From contig JANYJQ010000052.1 in assembly GCA_025358435.1 (NCBI GenBank), positions 1 to 59,219 of the forward strand: DNA of 59,219 bases, read 5' to 3'. The DNA comes from Holophagaceae bacterium. Its GTDB lineage: Bacteria; Acidobacteriota; Holophagae; Holophagales; Holophagaceae. The notes under the pieces are model-generated. The model did not search any database. It saw nothing but the letters and a program-made list of their open reading frames with translations, and was not told the DNA's origin. Shown here piece by piece: positions 1 to 8,658 of this stretch. A program made the position numbers and the translations under genes. Every line of letters begins with the position of its first letter. Within the stretch, counting starts at the first letter, position 1.

Positions 1-2
1 TG

Positions 3-920
3 ACCGTGGATGCCAACGGCCTTCGGATGCATTCGGATTCCCTGGTGGATCTCGTTATCGGAGGCATCGCCTTCGAGAACCCCATGAGCCTGGACGAGAG
101 CGGCGTTGCCTCCCCCGGCCAAATTTTTTCGTTGTATCCGAGCCGCGAAAAAATCAATGAAAAGGTGGTCATCGACCGCCATTACTACGTCGTGAATTTC
201 AATGAGTCCGTGAGGGGGCTCATGCGGGGCGCCCCGGTGGAATACCAGGGCATCCAGGTGGGACAGGTGGAGGATTTCAAACTCGAATTCCACTCAGGAA
301 ACCTCGAAGGGAAGATTCCCGTTCTCATCGCTCTGGAGCCCGAACGGTTCTCGGTGGTGGGTCCAAAAGGAGCGTCGACGAAATCGCTCGTCCGCGGACT
401 GGTGAAACGGGGACTTCGTGCCCAGCTCAAGACAGCCTCCATTCTGACAGGCAGCCTATTTGTGGATCTGGGTTTCCATCCTGATGCGCCGGTCCGGACC
501 ATGGCCCAGTACGGGAAATATGAGGAGATTCCTTCGATCCCATCCACCATGGGCGCCATGACCGCCATGGTGGCCAACCTCACCAAATTTTCCGAACGCC
601 TCCAGAAAATTCCGCTGGAAGAGATCGTCGAGGAATTGCGCGCCAGCATTCCCGTGTTGAGGGAGACGTTGAAAGAGGCCAAGGGGTTGATCACCCGCCT
701 GGACCAGAAGACAGCCCCCCAGGCTGAAGCCGCCTTGGCCCAAGGCCAAGCCACCCTGGCCACCTTGGAGAAAACCCTACGGTCCGATTCCCCCACCCAG
801 CAGGACCTCCGCAGCGCGCTGGAGGAATTCAACAAGGCTGCCCGGGCCCTGCGGGATCTGGCTGAAACCCTCGAACGGCACCCGGAATCATTGATCTTCG
901 GAAAAGGAAAACCCAAATGA
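3..920 (+). CDS. PqiB/MlaD (MCE-domain) family protein, C-terminal part; the 5' end lies outside the window
   Basis: The frame is open from the window edge. There is an MCE-like segment (NESVRGLMRGAPVEYQGIQVGQVEDF) followed by a long helical tail. The stop overlaps the next start (ATGA at 917-920), and that next gene is a PqiC-like lipoprotein gene. Confidence 0.7.
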   Translation, partial: TVDANGLRMHSDSLVDLVIGGIAFENPMSLDESGVASPGQIFSLYPSREKINEKVVIDRHYYVVNFNESVRGLMRGAPVEYQGIQVGQVEDFKLEFHSGNLEGKIPVLIALEPERFSVVGPKGASTKSLVRGLVKRGLRAQLKTASILTGSLFVDLGFHPDAPVRTMAQYGKYEEIPSIPSTMGAMTAMVANLTKFSERLQKIPLEEIVEELRASIPVLRETLKEAKGLITRLDQKTAPQAEAALAQGQATLATLEKTLRSDSPTQQDLRSALEEFNKAARALRDLAETLERHPESLIFGKGKPK

Positions 921-1513
921 TCCGACAGGTGCTTCCCTTTCTTACCCTGGCGTTGGTGGCGGGAATCGGTTGTTCCCGGCCCAACCTTGAGGTGCTTCAT
1001 ACCCTTGGACCTATTTCCTCTGAGACGGCAAGACCCTCGTCTCCCTTGACGTCCATGGGCTTGGAGGTCATGCCTGTGCGATTGCCAGAAGCCCTTCAAA
1101 GGCCACAACTGGTGGTGTCATCAGGTCCAGGCACCTTGAGCCTGCTTGAGACGCATCGTTGGGGCAACAGCCTGGACAAGGATATCCAGCGGGTCCTGGT
1201 CGAAAACCTCTCCCTGCTGATGGGCACCGACGCAGTGGTGGCCTATCCCCAAGGTGAACGGGTGAAAGCCACCCGCCGTCTTGAGATGGAAGTGCACCGG
1301 TTGGAGGGAAAACCCGGCGGCACCCTCACCCTGCAAGCGACCTGGATGATCGCGCTTCCCCAGGGGGGCCAGGCCCTGCTCTTCCGGAAGACAACCCTAC
1401 AGAGGCCTGTCCAGGGCCTGGACGCAGAAGCGCTCGTGAACGCGCACAGCCTGATCCTTGGAGACCTGAGCCGAGAGATCGCCCTGGAAATTAAGGACCT
1501 TGGCACGAGGTAG
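917..1513 (+). CDS. PqiC/YmbA-like ABC-transport auxiliary lipoprotein (DUF330-like)
   Basis: Lipoprotein signal with lipobox (LALVAGIGC). About 200 aa. Translationally coupled to the upstream MCE gene, as in pqiABC-type loci. Confidence 0.6.
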   Translation: MIRQVLPFLTLALVAGIGCSRPNLEVLHTLGPISSETARPSSPLTSMGLEVMPVRLPEALQRPQLVVSSGPGTLSLLETHRWGNSLDKDIQRVLVENLSLLMGTDAVVAYPQGERVKATRRLEMEVHRLEGKPGGTLTLQATWMIALPQGGQALLFRKTTLQRPVQGLDAEALVNAHSLILGDLSREIALEIKDLGTR

Positions 1514-1535
1514 CCAATAAGACGCTTTTTGCGCT

Positions 1536-1560
1536 CCCCAAACCATTTGGTGGTTTTTTT
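1536..1560 (+). terminator. Intrinsic-terminator-like hairpin plus T-run after the pqiC-like gene
   Basis: CCAAA-CCA-TTTGG stem-loop followed by GGTTTTTTT, about 25 nt after the stop codon. Confidence 0.5.
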
Positions 1561-1694
1561 CCATCAGGGGATTCCTCGCCGAACCCTTGCCGGTGAGACC
1601 GGATATGTTCATCCCGATGAATCAGATATTGGCCTTGCGGGGTATTAAAAACACATGGGAAAGGCACCAAAACATCGTCTGTTAGGCTCTTACA

Positions 1695-4625
1695 ATGTGC
1701 CCTCAATCCATGACAACTCAACCAAACCCAGGAGGCCACCCGTCCAAGGAATGGCTAGTCTATTTGGTATTCTTCGCTTCAGGAATTTCGGGTCTCCTCT
1801 TTGAAACCCTTTGGTTCGCCCAGGCCGGATTAGCCCTCGGAAACAGTTATTGGGCCGCAACGGCAGTTCTGGCAGCTTTCATGACTGGGCTTGCCCTCGG
1901 CAACCTGGCAGCCATGAAAGGCTTCGGATCTGGCCGGTACCCTCTCAGGATCTACGCGGGTCTGGAGACCGTCATTGCGATCACGGGTGTTGCCTTGATC
2001 TTCGGCCTTCCTCTGATCGGGAAAATGATCGCGCCCACGCTGGGTGGATTTCTTGATCACACCGCTCTGGTGACCCCAATCCGCTTTACAGTCGCTTTCG
2101 TTCTTCTGCTCATTCCTTCAACAGCCATGGGGTTGACCCTACCGATTTTGACCAGGGCACTCTCGAATGAGGGCAGCGGCTTTCAGGGAATTCTCGGGAG
2201 GCTCTATGGGTGGAATACCTTGGGCGCAGTCGCAGGAACCCTGGTGGGTGAAATTTGGCTGGTCGAGCGGCTTGGCATACGGGGGACCGGTATCCTATCC
2301 GGCCTGCTCAATATCACAGCAGCGGCAACGGCTTGGTGGCTCTCCAAGAGGTTGCCGCAGTTGGTAGATCCACCGGAACGAAAATCCATTCGAGAAGGAC
2401 TTCCTCCTGGGCTTGCCCCATGGTGGATCGCCATCGCCGCGAGCGGTTTCCTCCTGCTCGCTTTAGAAGTCGTCTGGCTGCGGTTCCTTTCCCTTTACGT
2501 GGCTGTCAGTTCCCTGGCCTTCGCAACGATGCTTGCCATCGTCCTGCTGGGGATCTCCGGTGGGGGCCTTATCGCGACCATGCTTCCTCGCCGGCTACAT
2601 GGCCCCGGCGCCATGGTCAGCTCGGTGCCCTTCCTCGCGGGTGCGCTTTGCGCACTTTCATACGCCCTTTTCCCCCGCTACCACGCGCTGTTGAAAGGCG
2701 TTCCCATAACTACTTTCTGGCAGGTCATGCGGGTCGGGCTGCCCCTCATGTTCCCCGTCTCCCTTTGCTCGGGATTCTTCTTCACTCTGTCAGGAGCAGC
2801 GCTGAGGGAAGTCTGCCGTTCGGCCCAGGCCACCGCAGGAGTACTGACCTTGTTCAATACACTTGGCGCTGCGGCGGGAGCAATCGCCGCTGGCGTCCTC
2901 TTCATCCCAATCCTGGGGATCGAGTACACCCTCTTCCTTCTGGCCTTGATCTACGGCGGGGTTGGAGCCCTCTGGTGGACCAGGGCGCGGGAAGGCCGAC
3001 GCATCATGATTCCTGCCGTCGTAGCATGGTTTGCGGCAGTGATCACCTTTCCATTTGGAACCATGGCTGGACATCATTTCCCCGCCGTGGCCTCCCGCTG
3101 GACCGATCCTTCCACCAGCGTCATAAAGTTTGTGCGGGAGGGCGCATCTGAAACGGTGTTGTACGTGGAGACCCGCTTCCTAGGCCGGCCCCACTTTACT
3201 CGGCTTCTCACGAATTCCTATTCCATGTCAGGAAATTCGATTCCAGCCCGCCGCTATATGAAGGAGTTCGTCTATTGGCCCCTTGCGGTACATCCCCACC
3301 CGAAACGCGCCCTTCTCATCTGCTTCGGGGTTGGTTCCACCGCGAAGGCGCTCACAGACACCAAAGAGCTTGAATCCATCGACATTGTCGACATATCCAA
3401 AGACATCATCGGATTGAGCGGCATCCTCTTTCCCGATCCGAAAACGCACCCGCTCAAGGATCCCAGGGTAAAGGTCCACATCGAAGATGGGCGCTTCTTC
3501 CTTCAGGCCACTTCGAAAAAATTCGATCTCATCACCGGAGAACCACCGCCTCCGATGGTTCCGGGCGTGGCGTCTCTGTATTCCAGGGAATACTTCCAAC
3601 TCCTCCGGGACCATCTGGAAGAGGGTGGAATAGCCACTTACTGGCTTCCTATCAACCAGCTGAGTGAATCGTCTTCGCTCTCGATCCTGCGCGCTTTCAG
3701 CGATGTATTCGAGACCAGCTTCCTTTGGCGCAGTTCCCAATTCGATTTCATTGTCATGGGTATCAAAGGCAAGATTCAGCGCGTATCAGATGAAGGATTT
3801 GCCCGGCAATGGCAGGATTCCGAAGTTCTACCGGAACTTGCCCGGCTTGGATTCGAAACCCCTGCCCAAATAGGCTCTGGTTTTGTTGGCGACAGGACCT
3901 ACATCCGAAAAATAGTTGAGAACGCAGAGCCCCTTGTGGACGACTTTCCCAAGCGGATTTTGACGCCCCCAGGAGAATCCCATCCTGTCTATGACAGTTG
4001 GTTTAATGTGGGCTCGTCCAAAGCAAGGTTCACGGAAAGCGGGGATATCCGGAAGCTGTGGCCACCGGGCTGGTTTGAGCGCACCATTCCTGCCTTCGCC
4101 GATGATTTCATTCTGAGTTCCATGGGGGATTCCGCGCGTCGGAACGGATTCCCGAATGTATCCCAGGTAGACCGCCTATGCATGACCACATCGCTGAAAA
4201 CACCAGTTCTCTGGATTTTGAGAAGCAATGGGGACATGCAGCGGATCATCAATGCCCTTGTCGCGGAACATAGAGAGGACCCCCTCATCCACTACCACCT
4301 TGGCGTTCGCCACATCGCGCTGCAGGAATTCGGGAAGGCGGCCGACGAGTTCGCCCTGGCCTATTCAAAGGATCGGGAGGATCTCATCGCCCTAAGGTTA
4401 TATGCCCTCGCGATGGCGGGTCGGCTTGAAGAGATGAAAACGCTTCGGAAAGCCTTGAGCAAAGACCCTGGAATGGAAAGAATTCCGCAGCCCTATTGGC
4501 AGTGGCTGGACCAAATGGTTGCTACCCCTGTGAAATCGGCTGGCAACGGAGCCGCGGCGGGTTCCAGGGAAAAGGCACCTCGCTTCCGGGCTCCAGCATC
4601 AGCCCCTGTTCGAACAGCCAGCTGA
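1695..4625 (+). CDS. Fused polytopic membrane domain / spermidine-synthase-like (PABS-fold methyltransferase-like) domain / C-terminal TPR protein
   Basis: The N-terminal ~480 aa are strongly hydrophobic with many predicted TM helices. The central part carries a PABS/SAM-MTase-like signature (ALLICFGVGSTAKAL ... DLITGEPPPP). The C-terminus has TPR-like helices and ends in a low-complexity tail. Confidence 0.7.
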   Translation: MCPQSMTTQPNPGGHPSKEWLVYLVFFASGISGLLFETLWFAQAGLALGNSYWAATAVLAAFMTGLALGNLAAMKGFGSGRYPLRIYAGLETVIAITGVALIFGLPLIGKMIAPTLGGFLDHTALVTPIRFTVAFVLLLIPSTAMGLTLPILTRALSNEGSGFQGILGRLYGWNTLGAVAGTLVGEIWLVERLGIRGTGILSGLLNITAAATAWWLSKRLPQLVDPPERKSIREGLPPGLAPWWIAIAASGFLLLALEVVWLRFLSLYVAVSSLAFATMLAIVLLGISGGGLIATMLPRRLHGPGAMVSSVPFLAGALCALSYALFPRYHALLKGVPITTFWQVMRVGLPLMFPVSLCSGFFFTLSGAALREVCRSAQATAGVLTLFNTLGAAAGAIAAGVLFIPILGIEYTLFLLALIYGGVGALWWTRAREGRRIMIPAVVAWFAAVITFPFGTMAGHHFPAVASRWTDPSTSVIKFVREGASETVLYVETRFLGRPHFTRLLTNSYSMSGNSIPARRYMKEFVYWPLAVHPHPKRALLICFGVGSTAKALTDTKELESIDIVDISKDIIGLSGILFPDPKTHPLKDPRVKVHIEDGRFFLQATSKKFDLITGEPPPPMVPGVASLYSREYFQLLRDHLEEGGIATYWLPINQLSESSSLSILRAFSDVFETSFLWRSSQFDFIVMGIKGKIQRVSDEGFARQWQDSEVLPELARLGFETPAQIGSGFVGDRTYIRKIVENAEPLVDDFPKRILTPPGESHPVYDSWFNVGSSKARFTESGDIRKLWPPGWFERTIPAFADDFILSSMGDSARRNGFPNVSQVDRLCMTTSLKTPVLWILRSNGDMQRIINALVAEHREDPLIHYHLGVRHIALQEFGKAADEFALAYSKDREDLIALRLYALAMAGRLEEMKTLRKALSKDPGMERIPQPYWQWLDQMVATPVKSAGNGAAAGSREKAPRFRAPASAPVRTAS

Positions 4626-5415
4626 TAAGGTAGCGCCTGTTCAAGGCCTCCAGCCCCCCCTTGTCAATCCCCCACACTCTCTCGGGGAGCATCCTCCAGG
4701 AATGCTCGAAGGACCGACTGATCTGGTCTTTCCACGCTCCCCAGTCGAAACCCTTTTCGGCCCGTCCCCCCAGCCGCAAGCAAAGGGGAACCACGTGATA
4801 GTAGGCCGGGGTCAGATCCAGGCCACACACCTTCACCCTGCGCCCCAGGAATCGTTTCGTGCACTCCACCAGCCTGAACAGAAGAAAGTAGTCGCCTTTC
4901 GACGGATCGCCGGAAAGAAAGTTCCTCTGGATGTTCTGGAGGGATTTATTGACATCCACGAATCCAACTTCCCAGTACAGCTCGTTCCCCTGATCGGCGA
5001 AGATCCCGATCTTGATCTTGATCCTGACCTTACCCGACTGATCGTAGAGCCGGATGAGAAGGTTGAGGGAAACAGCCTCCCTGTCGCCTGCAGGTGAAGA
5101 GAAAGCCAGGTTGGAAGTCTGCTGGTCGAATTCCCTTCGCAGGGGTCCCGCAAGCGGGAGCAGTTCGTCGTGAAGTTCCTCCCGGGTGGGGAAGATGCTG
5201 AAAAGATCATCGCCTGCATGTCCGAAAAGGCGTTCAAGCTGGGCTGCGATGTGCTCGGCGGAGGCCGTCTCCATCAGCCCCGCGAGGGACCGCGCTGTTT
5301 TGCCCCTGTTCCCACCCGGCGCCAGGATCCCCGAAGGATCCGAGCCATAGGCTTCAAGAAGGGCATCGATCTGCGGAAACCGCTTCGACAATTCTGGGAG
5401 GCGCTGGGCCATCAT
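4522..5415 (-). CDS. Hypothetical protein (297 aa)
   Basis: Long ORF, co-directional with the upstream 163-aa ORF and 14 nt from it. I recognise no family motif. The 3' end overlaps the convergent 976-aa gene by 104 nt. Confidence 0.45.
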   Translation of the reverse strand: MMAQRLPELSKRFPQIDALLEAYGSDPSGILAPGGNRGKTARSLAGLMETASAEHIAAQLERLFGHAGDDLFSIFPTREELHDELLPLAGPLRREFDQQTSNLAFSSPAGDREAVSLNLLIRLYDQSGKVRIKIKIGIFADQGNELYWEVGFVDVNKSLQNIQRNFLSGDPSKGDYFLLFRLVECTKRFLGRRVKVCGLDLTPAYYHVVPLCLRLGGRAEKGFDWGAWKDQISRSFEHSWRMLPERVWGIDKGGLEALNRRYLISWLFEQGLMLEPGSEVPFPWNPPRLRCQPISQG

Positions 5416-5429
5416 TCCCGGAGGTTCGT

Positions 5430-5921
5430 CTACCGTTGGTGGAATTCGTTCGGGATGTTCAATTTCATCCTGACGGCTCGCTCGACGGACCGATCGGTAA
5501 CAACGGACCTGGTCATTCTTCCGATCTGGATTTCGATCAACTCCGCAGGACAGTTTGCTATGGCCACGAACCTGAAAGCTGGGCTCGCCTGGTTCGCCGA
5601 AGCGTAATTCAGCGCCTCCTTGATGCGGAATGTCCTTTCGGGGGTAAATCCGGCGATGGTCTTCTTCTGCTCCGGGGAGGTAGAGAAGTGTTTCTCAAGA
5701 AAGGCCGGGATATTCTGGTTGGCCTCCAGGACGAGGGCTCCGAGAGTTCCATGGGTTTTCGCGTCGGAAAAAAGCCTGGTCAGGTTGCTCTCGGTGAGCA
5801 GGGGCTTGTTCGGTTGCTTGTAGGCCCGAATCTGGTCCAGCGTGCCCCAGTTGTCCAGAAAACCGAATGCGGATGCGGTCGCAAGGTTCGTCTCGAGAAA
5901 GGTCCGCCTGTCCATCGCCAT
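5430..5921 (-). CDS. Hypothetical protein with a twin-arginine-like N-terminus (163 aa)
   Basis: The N-terminus MAMDRRTFLETNLATASAFG resembles a Tat signal (RRxFL plus a hydrophobic stretch). No other motif recognised. Confidence 0.4.
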   Translation of the reverse strand: MAMDRRTFLETNLATASAFGFLDNWGTLDQIRAYKQPNKPLLTESNLTRLFSDAKTHGTLGALVLEANQNIPAFLEKHFSTSPEQKKTIAGFTPERTFRIKEALNYASANQASPAFRFVAIANCPAELIEIQIGRMTRSVVTDRSVERAVRMKLNIPNEFHQR

Positions 5922-6159
5922 GGGCTGCTCCTTGTGGAATGTATCTTTGGAACGCCTGAGCAGCCTCGGTTGGCGGCGGCGCTGGGGTAGGGCAGGTGGA
6001 AAGAATGTCTTGAATTTACGTCCGCGGCCCTGGATGTCAATGCGAACCCGGACCTATTTCCTTCCACATGGAGGCTGCCGGGGGCTTTGAGGCGGTGCCA
6101 ATGCCGATGAAGTGACCCAGTTGCCCCGCGATGAGGCTGGACCGCTGATATCCTGACGT

Positions 6160-8565
6160 ATGACCAACCACGGCAAGAGCCGCTTCATTCCGAAATCCGC
6201 ACCGCACTCTAAAGATCGCCGTCCTGCCAGACCCAAGGAATCCACTCCGCCCAAACCCGGGCCGGTGTACCGCGACTTCGAGACCTTTGAGGCCACCTAC
6301 CTTGGCCAACCGGAAGGGACCGGCGGGTTCCTGCGCCCCATTGGCCTGACCAAGGCGGCCAAGATGGACATCCTGGTGGACTGGCGCGAAACCCACGATG
6401 CCATCCATGGCGATCGCGTGCAGGCCGAAATAAGCGGGGAAACGGGGGAAGGCAGGGTCAAGGCCCGCATTCTGAAAATCCTTTCCAGAAGCACCGATCC
6501 GCTGCCCGCACATTTGCAGAAACAGGAATGGGGCTGGCGCGCCATTCCCATCGAGCCGCGTATGTCCCAGATCATCGCGGTGCCTGAAACCGACTTGGCC
6601 CAGGATGGCGATTTCGTCAGCGTGCTGCTGGATCCCGATCTGGAGGCCAAGCAGATACGTGGCACCGTGGTGGCCCGCCTGGGCAAATCCACGGACCTGA
6701 AAATCGAGAACAGATTGACCGCCGCACTGTTCAACCTGCGCACGGAATTCCCGACCGCAGTGATGAGCGAGCTGGCGCCTTTCCCCACCGCCATTTCAGA
6801 GGAATGGACCAAGGGCCGCGAGGATCTGCGGGACCTCGTCATCGTGACGGTGGATCCGCCCACGGCCAAGGATTTCGACGATGCCATCTCGCTGGAAGTG
6901 CTGCCCGACAACGAAGGCGGCGGCTGGATCCTGGGAGTCCATATCGCGGATGTCAGCCACTACGTGAAGGAAGGCGGACCGCTTGATGTGGAGGCCAATC
7001 TCAGGGGCACCAGCGTCTACTTCCCGGATGAAGTGATCCCGATGATCCCGGACCGGCTCAGCGGCGATTTGTGCTCGCTCCGCGAAGGCGTGGACCGCTT
7101 GACCATGACCGCCTGGATGACCATTTCCCCTGAGTTGGAGATCGTGGAGACGCGCTTCACGGAAAGCGTGATCCATTCGACCAAACGGTTGACCTACGAC
7201 GAAGTCAAGGAAGCCTGCCTGGATCTGTCGCCGCGCAAGCGCGCGGAACTCGGCGAGGCAGTCTGTGGGCTGCTGGACCAGTGCCTGGTACTGTCCCGGC
7301 AGCTCACCACCAAGCGCATGGACCGCGGGGCGCTGGCATTCGAAAGCGAAGAGACCGAATTCATCTTCGACGAGGAGGGCCGCCCCGTGGACGCGCGCAA
7401 ATACGCGCACCACGAGGCCCACACCATGATCGAGGAGTTCATGCTCTTCGCCAATGAAGCCGTGGCGCGCTTCTTCACGCGCAAGAAAATCCCCACGATC
7501 TACCGCATCCACGACGAACCGGACCCGTTGAAGCTGGAGACCTTCGCTGAGATCGCCCGGACCTTCGACCTGTTGCGGGTCAACGAAGTGCCAACACCCG
7601 AGGTGCTCAACGCGCTGCTGGACAAGATCCGGGGCGGGCCGCTGGAAGTCATGCTCAACACCATGCTGCTGCGGTCCCTGAAACGTGCGGAATACAGCGC
7701 CGACAACATCGGACACTCCGGCCTGGCCTTGCAGGACTACCTGCACTTCACGTCTCCCATCCGCCGCTATCCCGACCTCATCGTCCATCGCTATCTGCGC
7801 AAGATATTGCGCGGAGAAAAGCTGCCTGAAACCCTTCACGCGCAGATGGCGTTGATCGCGAAACAGGCCAGCGACGCCGAGCAGAAATCCACGGAAGCCG
7901 AGCGCGAAAACGATCGCTGGAAGACCTGCCTCCTGATGAAGCCCAAGATCGGCCGCCGCTTCTCGGGCCGCATCCAGGGCTTTTCGCCCAAGGTGGCCTT
8001 CGTGCGATTGGATGCGCCTTTCGTGGAAGTCGGCGTGCCCCTGGGCGCGCTGGGCGGCAATTTCTTTCTGGATGAGAACCGCACCAAGGCCACCGGTATG
8101 AAAGGCCAAGTGGTTCTCTCCATCGGCGATGCCGTGAAGGTCGAGATCATCGGCGTGGACGAGGATCTGCGCCGCGTCAGCGCCTGGGTGGCCGAAGCCA
8201 CCGCCAGCGACGCCAAAGGAAAGCCTTACACCTTCGTTCCGACGCTCGCCGGCCCTGTGACCTTGCGGGAGTCGGACTTCGTGCCCGAGCGCAAGGGACC
8301 CAAAGCCGCAGTGCGCACGCGGAACGAAGCCAGGCCCGTCTCAAGGGAAAAGCCGGGGTGTTCCCCAGAGCGGCCTTCCCGGACTGAACGGCCAACCAGG
8401 ACCGGCAAACCCCCGGCCAGGAGCCGGGATGACCGGCCGCCAGCGCGGAACCGGGACGATCGCCCCGCACCTCGTAACCGGGATGATCGCCCCGCCCCGA
8501 CTTCCAGAAGCAAACCGCCGAAAGGCACCGTGCGCGCTCCGAAGCCCGGGAAGAAGCGCGGGTAG
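6160..8565 (+). CDS. rnr: Ribonuclease R (RNB family 3'-5' exoribonuclease) with an S1 domain and a basic repeat tail
   Basis: RNB catalytic-region motifs (VTVDPPTAKDFDDAIS, HFTSPIRRYPDLIVHR), a C-terminal S1-like domain, and an Arg/Pro/Asp-rich tail. Confidence 0.9.
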   Translation: MTNHGKSRFIPKSAPHSKDRRPARPKESTPPKPGPVYRDFETFEATYLGQPEGTGGFLRPIGLTKAAKMDILVDWRETHDAIHGDRVQAEISGETGEGRVKARILKILSRSTDPLPAHLQKQEWGWRAIPIEPRMSQIIAVPETDLAQDGDFVSVLLDPDLEAKQIRGTVVARLGKSTDLKIENRLTAALFNLRTEFPTAVMSELAPFPTAISEEWTKGREDLRDLVIVTVDPPTAKDFDDAISLEVLPDNEGGGWILGVHIADVSHYVKEGGPLDVEANLRGTSVYFPDEVIPMIPDRLSGDLCSLREGVDRLTMTAWMTISPELEIVETRFTESVIHSTKRLTYDEVKEACLDLSPRKRAELGEAVCGLLDQCLVLSRQLTTKRMDRGALAFESEETEFIFDEEGRPVDARKYAHHEAHTMIEEFMLFANEAVARFFTRKKIPTIYRIHDEPDPLKLETFAEIARTFDLLRVNEVPTPEVLNALLDKIRGGPLEVMLNTMLLRSLKRAEYSADNIGHSGLALQDYLHFTSPIRRYPDLIVHRYLRKILRGEKLPETLHAQMALIAKQASDAEQKSTEAERENDRWKTCLLMKPKIGRRFSGRIQGFSPKVAFVRLDAPFVEVGVPLGALGGNFFLDENRTKATGMKGQVVLSIGDAVKVEIIGVDEDLRRVSAWVAEATASDAKGKPYTFVPTLAGPVTLRESDFVPERKGPKAAVRTRNEARPVSREKPGCSPERPSRTERPTRTGKPPARSRDDRPPARNRDDRPAPRNRDDRPAPTSRSKPPKGTVRAPKPGKKRG
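8422..8502 (+). repeat. Three tandem 27-nt (9-aa) repeats inside the rnr tail
   Basis: The encoded repeats are SRDDRPPAR / NRDDRPAPR / NRDDRPAPT. The nucleotide units start at 8422, 8449 and 8476. Confidence 0.85.
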
Positions 8566-8658
8566 GTCTGCAGGCGCCAGCCGCGGAGAATACGGAGGAG
8601 CACCCGTTCAACCACCGCTATCAAGGCGATCGCCTGGGGGTTTCCGGAGGGGCCAGCG

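Noticed and set aside
8634-8645. The 12-bp palindrome AGGCGATCGCCT, which contains the HIP1-like core GCGATCGC, between rnr and the peptidase gene.
   Set aside because: It occurs once in the window, so there is no evidence that it is an over-represented genomic palindrome.
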